From the NCBI GenBank assembly GCA_903845155.1, contig CAIMWN010000266.1:3517-67516 (forward strand): 64,000 nucleotides of DNA, written 5' to 3'. Of this stretch, positions 9,799 to 18,521 are shown one piece after another. Both the position numbers and the translations under genes were made by a program. Under the pieces are notes generated by a model. That model was given only the letters and a program-made list of their open reading frames with translations, searched no databases and was not told the DNA's origin. Source of the DNA: Oligoflexia bacterium. Its GTDB lineage: Bacteria > Bdellovibrionota > UBA1018 > CAIMNF01. Position 1 is the stretch's first letter, and each line of letters opens with the position of its first letter.

Positions 9799-12208
9799 AT
9801 TGAAATCGATAAAACATCGGTTTATGATTGTTCCGCAAGTCCTTTTTGTGGTTTTTTCGGTGTTAATATTACTGTTTACGTTGATTAGGCATGATATTCA
9901 AATCGAGAAAACGAAAGCTCTTTGGTCAAAGGTGGAGCAATGGTCTCCAAATGTTTTGAGTTCTCAATTCCGTGGACCCGCCCAAAACCTTCCTCGTTGT
10001 TTCATGGATCGTATCAAACCAGACTATCTCAAGTCCGAAATTGCCCGGATGGAATCTCAATACCCGGCAGCCGCGAAAACAGCATTTCAGCATGGTGTTC
10101 TTTCCCTGACGGGATTGTCTGAACCCGCTTTATCCATACTTAAAGATAAAACGATGTTAGATGATAAAGTTCAGCAAAGTTGGATCACCTCAGACCCAAG
10201 GCAAAAAGACTGCCACGATTTTCCCTGTATAATCAATGCACTCTACCCTCGGGCAAGTGATGAGGGAGACCTGAGCTATTGGTTTTATCTCAAAACCGGC
10301 TACTTCATGTCGGCGCAAAATTTTCACTATTGGTATGACGATGGTAAGTCAAGCATCCTCACTCCTCCTGGGTATACTCTTGAGCAATACCTGTTTAGTG
10401 AAAGCGAATGGAAGGCCTGGTGGTTGGTTGCGAATAGCCTTCCTAAAGCAATGTTGCATATGACAGCACTCAATAGTATTCATCGTCTGCCGAGAGGGTA
10501 CCTTCCTGAAAGTTGGAAACTGAGCGAAATTGAGAGTACTTGTGGTATCTCGGTGGGAAATTGGGGCAGAGGAGTGGTCCTTCTCCAGGATAAGTGTTTG
10601 AGTCTCGATTCGAAAAACATATTTGACACCCAAGCCGCATTTTATCCCTCGACCACCCACGAGATGGCTCATCGATTATCGGCGTGGAATTTTGCGAAAG
10701 ACAAAAAGCCCGCGCGTGAAATGGAGGAAGATCCGACATTCCTAGCCGCCTCTGGGTGGACAAAGGAAGAACTCATTGAGGCAGCAGTGCCTGGTAAGAG
10801 TGAGAAGATAGTCACTATTCAGTGGAAATACGCTCAACCCGAAAGAGAGTTCATGTCCGATTATGCACGAACGAACCCGGCCGAAGATTTTGCAGAGAGT
10901 GTGGGTTACTACCGGAATAGTCCCGAGCAGATGGCAGAAAAAGCGCCGCTTAAATATGCCTTTTTAAAAGATAAAGTCTTTTCGCATCTTGGATATTCGA
11001 GCGACGATTTAAAAATGCAATATGTGAAGGACGTAAAGAAAAATTTAATGGATCAGGTAGATGTTTGGGTAAAGCCTTGCACCAATCCACTTCCGTCCGC
11101 CTTGACTCCTGCACCTCACCAGACTCAGATCGCACTCGCCGCCCCACAAATTAAGATGGATATTCCCGTTAACGAAGAAGTGAAATCATGTTTGAGAAGT
11201 CAAATGATTACACAGATCGGAATAGCTCTGGATCAAATTCGATACCAAGAGCCCGAAGGTTGTCAGACGATAGATTCGCATGAAAAAGAAATCCTACAAT
11301 CGATCGTCAATCAAGAAGTTCCTGAGGTGGTTCAATACCTAAAGGGCGATGATCAGATTACGGGCTTGATCGCGGGTGTTCAAGAATTCCGAAAAGCATT
11401 GGGCAGTGATTTTGATGGAAGAGGAGCGATTTTAATGTGCTGGCAGGCTACCGACCCAGCACAATGTTACTCCGATAAATCGGAATTGGAATATGAGCGA
11501 GTGTTTCAAAAAAATAAAACCTTACTTTCCACTACAACGCTTTCATCCGCCATCGTACTAGAAGCTGAGAAAGTTCATTTTTTGGAGGCTAACGATTACG
11601 ACACGACACTCGAAAAAGTAGTCAACTTCTACAATTCTATTTATGCGCCCTACGAGGATCAACTGACAAAAGACACGCGCGAGCTTTGGTTGAGCTGCAT
11701 GCATGAAACTAAGAGAAGTGATTCTTTTATCCCTCTCCTTGCGCCCTACAATGCAGGAAACGAGTATGTAGCCCCTGAAGTCATTCAATGTTTGAACGAT
11801 AAAATACCTGGCGAACTCACCTCACTGCGAGCACTTGCGGGGTCAAGCTTTGGTATTGCCGTGAAAACCAATGATGCAAAAAATTGGATTAACACTCGAA
11901 TTCTTTTTCCAAAAATGAAAGCACTTCTGGATGCTAGCCTCATTGATGCAGAACAAACAGAAGTTCAAGTGCTTGAGCAGACGAAGAAGGAAATTATGGA
12001 CCGGGTGGTAGAAAACTTAGTTCAAGATCGTTCTTGGCGCACGAATGCCAATCAAACTGTTAACGCTTGCCAGCCCACGGCTTTAGCGAAATTGAATCTT
12101 GAATTTAGCCAATATATTTATCGATTTACGAGCATGGGTCCGGTACTGGCAGATTTAGTCGATGTGGTTTGCAAGCGCGTGAATGCCCGGATTTATACTC
12201 ATTTGTAA
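9785..12208 (+). CDS. Membrane-anchored putative zinc metallopeptidase B' with Cys-rich C-terminal domain
   Basis: N-terminal TM helix; HEMAH zincin motif plus SDYARTNPAEDFAES...P...KYAFL as in MtfA/anthrax-lethal-factor-like zincins. Confidence 0.7.
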   Translation: MKHHKLKSIKHRFMIVPQVLFVVFSVLILLFTLIRHDIQIEKTKALWSKVEQWSPNVLSSQFRGPAQNLPRCFMDRIKPDYLKSEIARMESQYPAAAKTAFQHGVLSLTGLSEPALSILKDKTMLDDKVQQSWITSDPRQKDCHDFPCIINALYPRASDEGDLSYWFYLKTGYFMSAQNFHYWYDDGKSSILTPPGYTLEQYLFSESEWKAWWLVANSLPKAMLHMTALNSIHRLPRGYLPESWKLSEIESTCGISVGNWGRGVVLLQDKCLSLDSKNIFDTQAAFYPSTTHEMAHRLSAWNFAKDKKPAREMEEDPTFLAASGWTKEELIEAAVPGKSEKIVTIQWKYAQPEREFMSDYARTNPAEDFAESVGYYRNSPEQMAEKAPLKYAFLKDKVFSHLGYSSDDLKMQYVKDVKKNLMDQVDVWVKPCTNPLPSALTPAPHQTQIALAAPQIKMDIPVNEEVKSCLRSQMITQIGIALDQIRYQEPEGCQTIDSHEKEILQSIVNQEVPEVVQYLKGDDQITGLIAGVQEFRKALGSDFDGRGAILMCWQATDPAQCYSDKSELEYERVFQKNKTLLSTTTLSSAIVLEAEKVHFLEANDYDTTLEKVVNFYNSIYAPYEDQLTKDTRELWLSCMHETKRSDSFIPLLAPYNAGNEYVAPEVIQCLNDKIPGELTSLRALAGSSFGIAVKTNDAKNWINTRILFPKMKALLDASLIDAEQTEVQVLEQTKKEIMDRVVENLVQDRSWRTNANQTVNACQPTALAKLNLEFSQYIYRFTSMGPVLADLVDVVCKRVNARIYTHL

Positions 12209-12531
12209 AATGCAGACTGGTAATTCTCTTTTCTGGAAATAATGGCAAGTATTTCCGTGAGAATTTTGTGTTAGGCAGAGGGTTGATTGATCTCCTGTAC
12301 CCCAACCACAATAATTTCTCCTGCACTATCTTCTTCGTAGATCCGTCGATATGATCGATTGATTCTGATTGATCGCTGTCCGCTCATTTTGATGTACTGT
12401 ATTTATAAGTACATTGTAATTGAGAAAATCCCCTGTATTGTTGCGCGGCTATTTCCTGTTGAATGCATTTGGCTTCAACCTCCGCGGTCCACTGTCAAAA
12501 ATTCGTCGTTTTTGTCCAATTTTTTATAAAT

Positions 12532-12559
12532 TAAAGCTGTGTCCTGAAATACCCGAAGA
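12532..12559 (+). promoter_or_regulatory. Putative sigma28-type promoter
   Basis: TAAAG...CCCGAAGA with the same TAAA-N16 spacing as the 8110 site. Confidence 0.35.
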
Positions 12560-12635
12560 GTGAATAGGAGCAAGGAAGCACCTTAATATAGGCCCACGGA
12601 TGTGCCGGAACTTCGTCTATATGGAGGGACGGACC

Positions 12636-13061
12636 ATGACTAAAATGAATTTTAAACCAGTGCATTACCTTGCCATTGTGTTTTCGCTATTCACCTTTAT
12701 TTCTTCAGTCTTTTATTCAAAAGCGGTGGCGGAGGAATCAAACGTTTATCAGGTTTATCGATCGATTGATTTGGGTGAAACCGACGTAGCACCCCCCAAA
12801 GATATTTTTATTAGTATGGGAACTTCAGAAGGCATCAAAAAGGGATCGATCCTGGATGTTTATCGACGAGTTTCTAGCTTCGATAATCTCACGCAAAAAC
12901 ATATGGGCGATCATATGATTCCTGTTGGCCGAATTAAAGTCATTCATGTAGATGAGAAAACAGCGATTGCAAGAGCGGATCGTTTTGTGTCAATCGATCA
13001 AGAGCCAGCGTTGCTGCCGCAAGCAGTGATGATTGGTGATGTAGTTCGCAAATCGGAGTAA
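12636..13061 (+). CDS. Secreted hypothetical protein, FlgT C-terminal-like beta domain
   Basis: GGAGG RBS before ATG 12636; signal peptide; FISMG..EGIKKG..LDVYR...VGRIKVIHVDEKTAIAR pattern. Confidence 0.55.
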   Translation: MTKMNFKPVHYLAIVFSLFTFISSVFYSKAVAEESNVYQVYRSIDLGETDVAPPKDIFISMGTSEGIKKGSILDVYRRVSSFDNLTQKHMGDHMIPVGRIKVIHVDEKTAIARADRFVSIDQEPALLPQAVMIGDVVRKSE

Positions 13062-13269
13062 CCCCGAAAGGTAATCTCCCCACTTTTTAAATTATTTTCT
13101 TGGGGTCGCCCATCCCTGGGCTTTCTTACGATCTCATCCTGATTCATATCCCCAATAAAATGCTTTAAACCGTGGGGAGCTTACCTGCCATTGCGAATAC
13201 CGTTGAGTGGCGAAGGTAAGTAATCGAAATTTTAATTTTCATTTGTTCGCCCTCGTCATTCATTTAATT

Positions 13270-13665
13270 TTACGACTGCAACTGCGGTTGAACTTCAGTC
13301 GCAGGGTCAGACTCTGCTGCAAACGTCGCTGGGGCGATGACTACTTTTTGTTGCATCATCGTCACCTTATCTGCGTGGACTTCATGCATGTAATTTACGT
13401 GTCCGTCTTTATCTTCGTACTTTCTGGTTTTATATCTGCCCTCGACAAAAGTGGTGCTGCCTTTTTTTAAAATTTTAACACAACGTTCTGCAGTTTTCCC
13501 CCAAACCACTACTCGGTGCCAGGTAGTTTCACTCTCGTCTCTCGATTTTATATAATTTTCAGTAGCTAAATTAAATGTCGTAAATGAGATCTCATTTTGG
13601 GTTTTTTTCAATTCAGGATCCATTCCTAAACGGCCTAACAGTAGTACACGGTTTACATCTCGCAT
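13270..13665 (-). CDS. ssb: Single-stranded DNA-binding protein (no acidic tail)
   Basis: NRVLLLGRLGMDPE, TWHRVVVWGKTAE, FVEGRYKTRKYEDKDG; AAAGGA RBS before ATG 13665. Confidence 0.9.
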   Translation of the reverse strand: MRDVNRVLLLGRLGMDPELKKTQNEISFTTFNLATENYIKSRDESETTWHRVVVWGKTAERCVKILKKGSTTFVEGRYKTRKYEDKDGHVNYMHEVHADKVTMMQQKVVIAPATFAAESDPATEVQPQLQS

Positions 13666-13722
13666 GCTTATTCCTTTCAAGGGGGTTACTACGAACAATC
13701 ACTTGCTCGTAGACATTATCCC

Positions 13723-13738
13723 TGCGATTCTTGTGCCA
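13723..13738 (-). promoter_or_regulatory. Putative sigma54 -24/-12 promoter for ssb
   Basis: Minus strand TGGCACAAGAATCGCA; GG and GC at canonical spacing. Confidence 0.55.
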
Positions 13739-13825
13739 ATGGCGAATTTACTGAAAACGAATCTTCATCCTGGTTTTGGTTTGGGCGGCGAATTCGCTCG
13801 CACGCTCAACGAAACGGTCACGCCT

Positions 13826-14905
13826 ATGTTTAAAATGGGGACCGATGAATATTGGATGGAGCAGGCCCTTCAAATTGCAATGAATGCGGTAGGATGGAGT
13901 GCCCCCAATCCCTCGGTGGGGTGTGTGATTGTAAAAAACAATCAAGCGCTAGCGAGTGGTTTTACTCAGGCGTTTCGACATGAACACGCAGAACGGATGG
14001 CCTTCAACGAAATCTCATCTTTAGAACTATTAAAGGGGGCAACCGTGTTCGTGACTCTTGAGCCTTGTACACATTTCGGATCACAACCACCTTGTGTAGA
14101 TCTTTTAGTGAACTCTCCTATTGAGCGTGTGGTGATTGCTTGTGTTGATCCAGACTCACGAGTGAATGGAAGCGGCGTTGAGAAATTAAAATTAGCTGGA
14201 AAAAAAGTTACGCTGGGCGTTTTACAAAAAGAAGCGAGTGCTTGGCATTTTCCTTTTTTACGAAATCGAGTCACAGGAAAGCCGGTCTGGATTGGAAAGT
14301 GGGCGCAAACCCCGGACGGGTATCTCGCGAATAGTGAAGGCGAGTCCAAATGGATCACTAACGTAAAATCGAGAGCCTACACGCATTGGCTCAGGCAAAA
14401 GTATGATGCTATTTTGGTGGGCGCCGAAACCTGGATCAAAGACGAACCGCAACTCACGGTTCGCGACTGCGCTTTGCCGCATCGTCGCAACCCCAAGCGA
14501 CTAGTGTTCGATCCAAGTGGCAAGGTTCACCAGGGCGATTTTAAAAACACCTTGGTTTTTACTTGCATCGATCGCCTCGCAAAAGACTCCGATCCGAGAA
14601 TTTGGATTCCGATTCAGGCAACTCGTGAGTCTCCTACATTGCTAAATGAGTTCAAACGGGCCGTGGAGTCCGCGCCATCCATCCAACCCCTTCAAAGCGT
14701 TTTTTGCGAGGGAGGGGCTCAGTTGCTTAATCTTTTGATACAAAGCGACATGCTGGATGCTATTCATATTTTCACTGGTCAAAAAAAATGGGCGCAAAAT
14801 CTGGACCGATACCGTGTCCAAATTGCCCTCCAAGAAAAATGGTATTTAGAAGCCCAACATTATTTTGACGATGATTACTTGCAGGAATGGGTAAAGTACT
14901 TGTAG
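13826..14905 (+). CDS. ribD: Riboflavin biosynthesis deaminase/reductase RibD
   Basis: PNPSVGCVIV, HAE, TLEPCTHFGSQPPC, SKWIT, CEGGAQL; start uncertain (13739 or 13826). Confidence 0.92.
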   Translation: MFKMGTDEYWMEQALQIAMNAVGWSAPNPSVGCVIVKNNQALASGFTQAFRHEHAERMAFNEISSLELLKGATVFVTLEPCTHFGSQPPCVDLLVNSPIERVVIACVDPDSRVNGSGVEKLKLAGKKVTLGVLQKEASAWHFPFLRNRVTGKPVWIGKWAQTPDGYLANSEGESKWITNVKSRAYTHWLRQKYDAILVGAETWIKDEPQLTVRDCALPHRRNPKRLVFDPSGKVHQGDFKNTLVFTCIDRLAKDSDPRIWIPIQATRESPTLLNEFKRAVESAPSIQPLQSVFCEGGAQLLNLLIQSDMLDAIHIFTGQKKWAQNLDRYRVQIALQEKWYLEAQHYFDDDYLQEWVKYL

Positions 14906-14938
14906 AATGGGTTTAATCATCATCGAAGGAGATTCACT

Positions 14939-15427
14939 ATGAAAAATTTATTAGCAGTACTCATGATCAGTGCTTTATCACTTACCAGCGCGTGTTCTAA
15001 AAAAGGACAACAAAAACCTGAAGAGAGCACTCTTCCCACCGCAGCCAATGCGGATGAGAATATGAATGGTGATTCTGATTCAGGCAAAGCAATGGGACTT
15101 CAAACCATTCATTTCGCATATGATAACTTCACCCTAGATAGCGAAGCAAAGGCAATCCTGAGTGGAAATGCAAAAATACTTAAAGACAAAGCTTCACTTA
15201 AGATTCAAGTGGAAGGTCATTGCGATGCTCGCGGCGGAATTCAATACAATTTGGGTCTTGGCGAAAAACGAGCGAATTCAGTGAAGAAATTTCTTGCTGA
15301 CCAAGGTATCAAAGGTGATCGCGTTATGGTGATTAGCTTCGGAAAAGAAAAACTTCTAGATAATGGCGACAGTGAAGCGGCTAATGCTAAAAACCGTAGA
15401 GCGAACTTTGTCGTTACATCGCGTTAA
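14939..15427 (+). CDS. pal: Peptidoglycan-associated lipoprotein Pal (OmpA family)
   Basis: Lipobox TSAC; IHFAYD, EGHCDARG..YNLGLGEKRA, SFGKEK, KNRRA. Confidence 0.9.
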   Translation: MKNLLAVLMISALSLTSACSKKGQQKPEESTLPTAANADENMNGDSDSGKAMGLQTIHFAYDNFTLDSEAKAILSGNAKILKDKASLKIQVEGHCDARGGIQYNLGLGEKRANSVKKFLADQGIKGDRVMVISFGKEKLLDNGDSEAANAKNRRANFVVTSR

Positions 15428-15836
15428 GACTTATTCTCTTGTAGCGCTTTATTTTGTAAACGCCTTTGCAGGTTGTACCATCACTGCTGTCAGACCTGCC
15501 CAAGAAATGTCCAATATGGAAGTTGCCTTACGCGCCGCTAAAGAAGTGAACGCGGATGTGCTGGCGCCTGAATTGTACCGAATGGGCTTAGAAAGCGGGA
15601 TGGCCGCAAGGCGAGAATATCGTTTCAAGAACTTCTTTCAAGCAAAACAAAGTGCGGATCAGGCTCGTAATTTTGCGGAGCGCGCTGAATTTGAAGCGAT
15701 TCGAAATGGCGGAAAACGTGAAGCAATTCCTCAAGATCCTCTAGCGGAACCTTCCTATCCAGAGCAGCCCACCGGTACTCCCAATCCAGATGCAAAAACG
15801 AATACAACCGCGCCTAGCAATGGAACTAAAAAATAG
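15408..15836 (+). CDS. DUF4398-like helical lipoprotein
   Basis: Lipobox FAGC; P.QEMSN.EVALRAAKEVNADVLAPELY pattern; start uncertain (TTG 15408 or ATG 15363). Confidence 0.6.
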   Translation: MSLHRVKTYSLVALYFVNAFAGCTITAVRPAQEMSNMEVALRAAKEVNADVLAPELYRMGLESGMAARREYRFKNFFQAKQSADQARNFAERAEFEAIRNGGKREAIPQDPLAEPSYPEQPTGTPNPDAKTNTTAPSNGTKK

Positions 15837-15898
15837 TTTTTAGGCCTATTTTCACAAATTTATTGTAGGGATAGCCTCGATTTGAGAGGATCTGCACC

Positions 15899-16669
15899 AT
15901 GCACAACCTTTTCAATATTCTCTACATTTCAGGCCTATTGCTCCTTTTAAATGCATGTGTCACTACTCGCTCTGAGTTGAATGAACGTGGTGCAAGTAAT
16001 GGTTTTAATACGGCACCGAGTACTTCAGTTAAAAGTGAAGCGATTCATGCCGATAATCAAGCGACGGTAGAATCACCTAAGGTAGTTCAATCGGCAGCTC
16101 CCGCAGTGGCGGCAAACCAGCAGGGAAGTTACCAAGTAGATGAACTTCGGGCACAGGTCGCGGAGCTGACCGGCAAGGTTGAAGAGCTTCAGCATGATCA
16201 GGGAGTAAAGGACGCGGCACATTCCGAAGAAACTAAATTGCTACAAGCGAAAATTGAGATTCTTGAGAAAAAATTAAAAGCAAATGAGGGTCCAGCACTT
16301 CCTGAGGGAAAAGATTCATTCGAAGCTGGAAAGGACGCTTATTTTTCTGGTCATTACGCAGAGGCAGTTGAGTTTTTAGATGCCTATCTCAAAACAGAGA
16401 ATCCAAAATCTCTTGAAGAAGCCACTTATATTCGTGGTGAATCTCACTTTCAACTGAAAAACTATAAAAAAGCGATCGTCGATTTTTCTACTTTTCCTGA
16501 AAAGTTTCAAAAATCTTCCTATCACCCCAAAGCACTTCTACGTATTTCAGAATCGTTTGAACAAATGGGAAGAAAGGAAGACGCGAAAGCGTTTTACTCT
16601 GACCTCGTTGAGAAATTTCCAAAAACAGCAGAAGGAAAACTCGCCAAGAAGCGTCTGAATAAAAAATGA
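15899..16669 (+). CDS. cpoB: Tol-Pal system TPR lipoprotein CpoB/YbgF
   Basis: Lipobox LNAC, coiled coil then three TPRs (GESHFQLKNYKKAIVDF, ALLRISESF...AKAFYSDLVEKFP); downstream of pal. Confidence 0.75.
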   Translation: MHNLFNILYISGLLLLLNACVTTRSELNERGASNGFNTAPSTSVKSEAIHADNQATVESPKVVQSAAPAVAANQQGSYQVDELRAQVAELTGKVEELQHDQGVKDAAHSEETKLLQAKIEILEKKLKANEGPALPEGKDSFEAGKDAYFSGHYAEAVEFLDAYLKTENPKSLEEATYIRGESHFQLKNYKKAIVDFSTFPEKFQKSSYHPKALLRISESFEQMGRKEDAKAFYSDLVEKFPKTAEGKLAKKRLNKK

Positions 16670-17724
16670 GTATTATTTTAGGAATCGAAACATCTTGCGA
16701 TGAGTGTAGTGCTTCGGTTCTGCTTCATGAGGGCAATTCATTTAGGCCATTGAGCGTAAGCACCTATTCTCAAATTGAACTGCATCAGCCCTTTGGTGGG
16801 GTAGTACCAGAAGTAGCATCGCGAAACCATCTTGAGCAAATACAGCCTGTAATTGAAGATGCCCTCAAAAAAGCGGGCGTAGAGGTTGTTAATTGTGATG
16901 CGATCGCAGTGACGAATCGCCCTGGCCTCATTGGGGCATTGTTGGTGGGAGTGACTGCTGCCAAAGCACTTGCTTATGCGAGTCGAAAGCCGCTGATTCC
17001 GGTGCATCACTTAGAGGGGCATCTCATGAGTGCTTTTCTCTCTAGCGCTACTGGTGAATCGAAAAAAATTGAATTCCCAGCGATATTTTTGATGGTTTCA
17101 GGTGGTCACACCCATTTGCATTATATAGAAGAATCACCACTTCAGTGGCCGAGCGAGATGCTGAAAACCTCACTGATTGGCAGATCAATCGACGATGCTG
17201 CAGGCGAGGCTTTTGATAAGACCGGTAAAATTTTAGGCTTTCCTTATCCTGGTGGTAAATGGATCGACGAATATGCGCAAAAAGGGAACCGAGCAGCTTT
17301 TGAGCTTCCCCGCGGGCTCAAGCAAAAAGATTCATACGATTTTTCATTTAGCGGACTCAAGACCGCTGTGCTCTTACTCACAAAGCGCTTGCAGGCTGAA
17401 GGTTCAATTGAAAGTAAACTTCCTGATTTATGTGCAAGCGTGCAAGAAGCCATTATCGATCCTCTCATTAGGAAATCACTTTTGCTCGCCCGTGAAAAAA
17501 AGGCTAAATCGTTGGTGGTGGTGGGTGGGGTAGCCGCAAATTCACGACTCCGCATGCGATTAAAAGCGGAGTCGCCGATTCCCGTGATTTATCCAGACCT
17601 CCAATATTGCACTGACAACGCAGCCATGATTGCAGCGGCTGGCGCTGTGAGATTTTCACAGGGACAGGGGCTCCGGGTCGAGCAATTTCTTAAACTCAAC
17701 GCCTTTGCAAATGCAGGAAGCTAA
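16666..17724 (+). CDS. tsaD: tRNA N6-threonylcarbamoyladenosine transferase TsaD
   Basis: LGIETSCDE, GGVVPEVASRNH, HHLEGH, VSGGHT, DDAAGEAFDK, FSFSGLKTA, CTDNAAMI. Confidence 0.98.
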   Translation: MSIILGIETSCDECSASVLLHEGNSFRPLSVSTYSQIELHQPFGGVVPEVASRNHLEQIQPVIEDALKKAGVEVVNCDAIAVTNRPGLIGALLVGVTAAKALAYASRKPLIPVHHLEGHLMSAFLSSATGESKKIEFPAIFLMVSGGHTHLHYIEESPLQWPSEMLKTSLIGRSIDDAAGEAFDKTGKILGFPYPGGKWIDEYAQKGNRAAFELPRGLKQKDSYDFSFSGLKTAVLLLTKRLQAEGSIESKLPDLCASVQEAIIDPLIRKSLLLAREKKAKSLVVVGGVAANSRLRMRLKAESPIPVIYPDLQYCTDNAAMIAAAGAVRFSQGQGLRVEQFLKLNAFANAGS

Positions 17725-18521
17725 TGAAAAAATTCGATAAACAAAAAGCGTTCGGTCAACATTTTCTGCACGATCAAAAAGTAATTCAAGAAATTGTCAC
17801 GCACACGTTAACAGCAGTTCAAAATCATCCTGGTAGTTCATTGCTTGAGATCGGTCCCGGAAAAGGGGCAATCACCCGTCCCTTACTAGAGAAGCTCCCG
17901 CTTGATGTTTCATTTTATGTGGCAGAAAGAGATCGTGAGCTCATTGAATATTGGAAACCTGAATCCCGAATCACGAAACTCCTCGAAGGAGATTTTCTCG
18001 ATCAAACCGAAGCAGAACTTCGTTCGCTTGGGCCTCTCGTGGTCGTGTCTAACCTTCCCTATTCTGCCGGCACAGCGATCGTGGTGCAATTGTCGGAAAT
18101 GAGCGATCAAATTTCTGAAATGGTGCTGATGTTTCAAGCGGAAGTTGCAAAAAGGCTTTATTCAAAGAGTTCAACTCCTGATCGCGGTAGTTTATCTCTC
18201 TATATCCAAAATGAGTGGGAAGTGGAACGTTTGCTCGTAGTGAAGCCCGATGCTTTTAAGCCACCACCTAAAGTAATGTCGGAAGTCGTTCGCTTAAGAA
18301 GGCGGCCAGAGCCCATGATTTTGCTTGATACTGAAGACAAACGAACTGCATGGAATGATTTGTTGCGAAATGCTTTTAAGCATAGAAGAAAAATGATTAA
18401 AGGGAATTTTGCTGGGACTCGTTGGCAAGGTGCATTTGAAAAAAGTGGAGTGAGTCCTACCTTGCGGGCTGAGAGTTTAGAGTGGAATGACTGGATCCAA
18501 ATATGGAAACAAAACTTTTGA
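17724..18521 (+). CDS. rsmA: 16S rRNA dimethyladenosine transferase RsmA/KsgA
   Basis: FGQHFLHD, EIGPGKGAIT, VSNLPY, MFQAEVA.RL, F.PPPKV.S. Confidence 0.95.
   Translation: MKKFDKQKAFGQHFLHDQKVIQEIVTHTLTAVQNHPGSSLLEIGPGKGAITRPLLEKLPLDVSFYVAERDRELIEYWKPESRITKLLEGDFLDQTEAELRSLGPLVVVSNLPYSAGTAIVVQLSEMSDQISEMVLMFQAEVAKRLYSKSSTPDRGSLSLYIQNEWEVERLLVVKPDAFKPPPKVMSEVVRLRRRPEPMILLDTEDKRTAWNDLLRNAFKHRRKMIKGNFAGTRWQGAFEKSGVSPTLRAESLEWNDWIQIWKQNF

Noticed and set aside
12397..12412. LexA/SOS box
   Set aside because: CTGT is not matched by ACAG at N8; kept only as a generic palindrome.
13664..13825. Long N-terminal extension of RibD
   Set aside because: It overlaps the ssb start and promoter and has no RibD-like content; a later start is more plausible.
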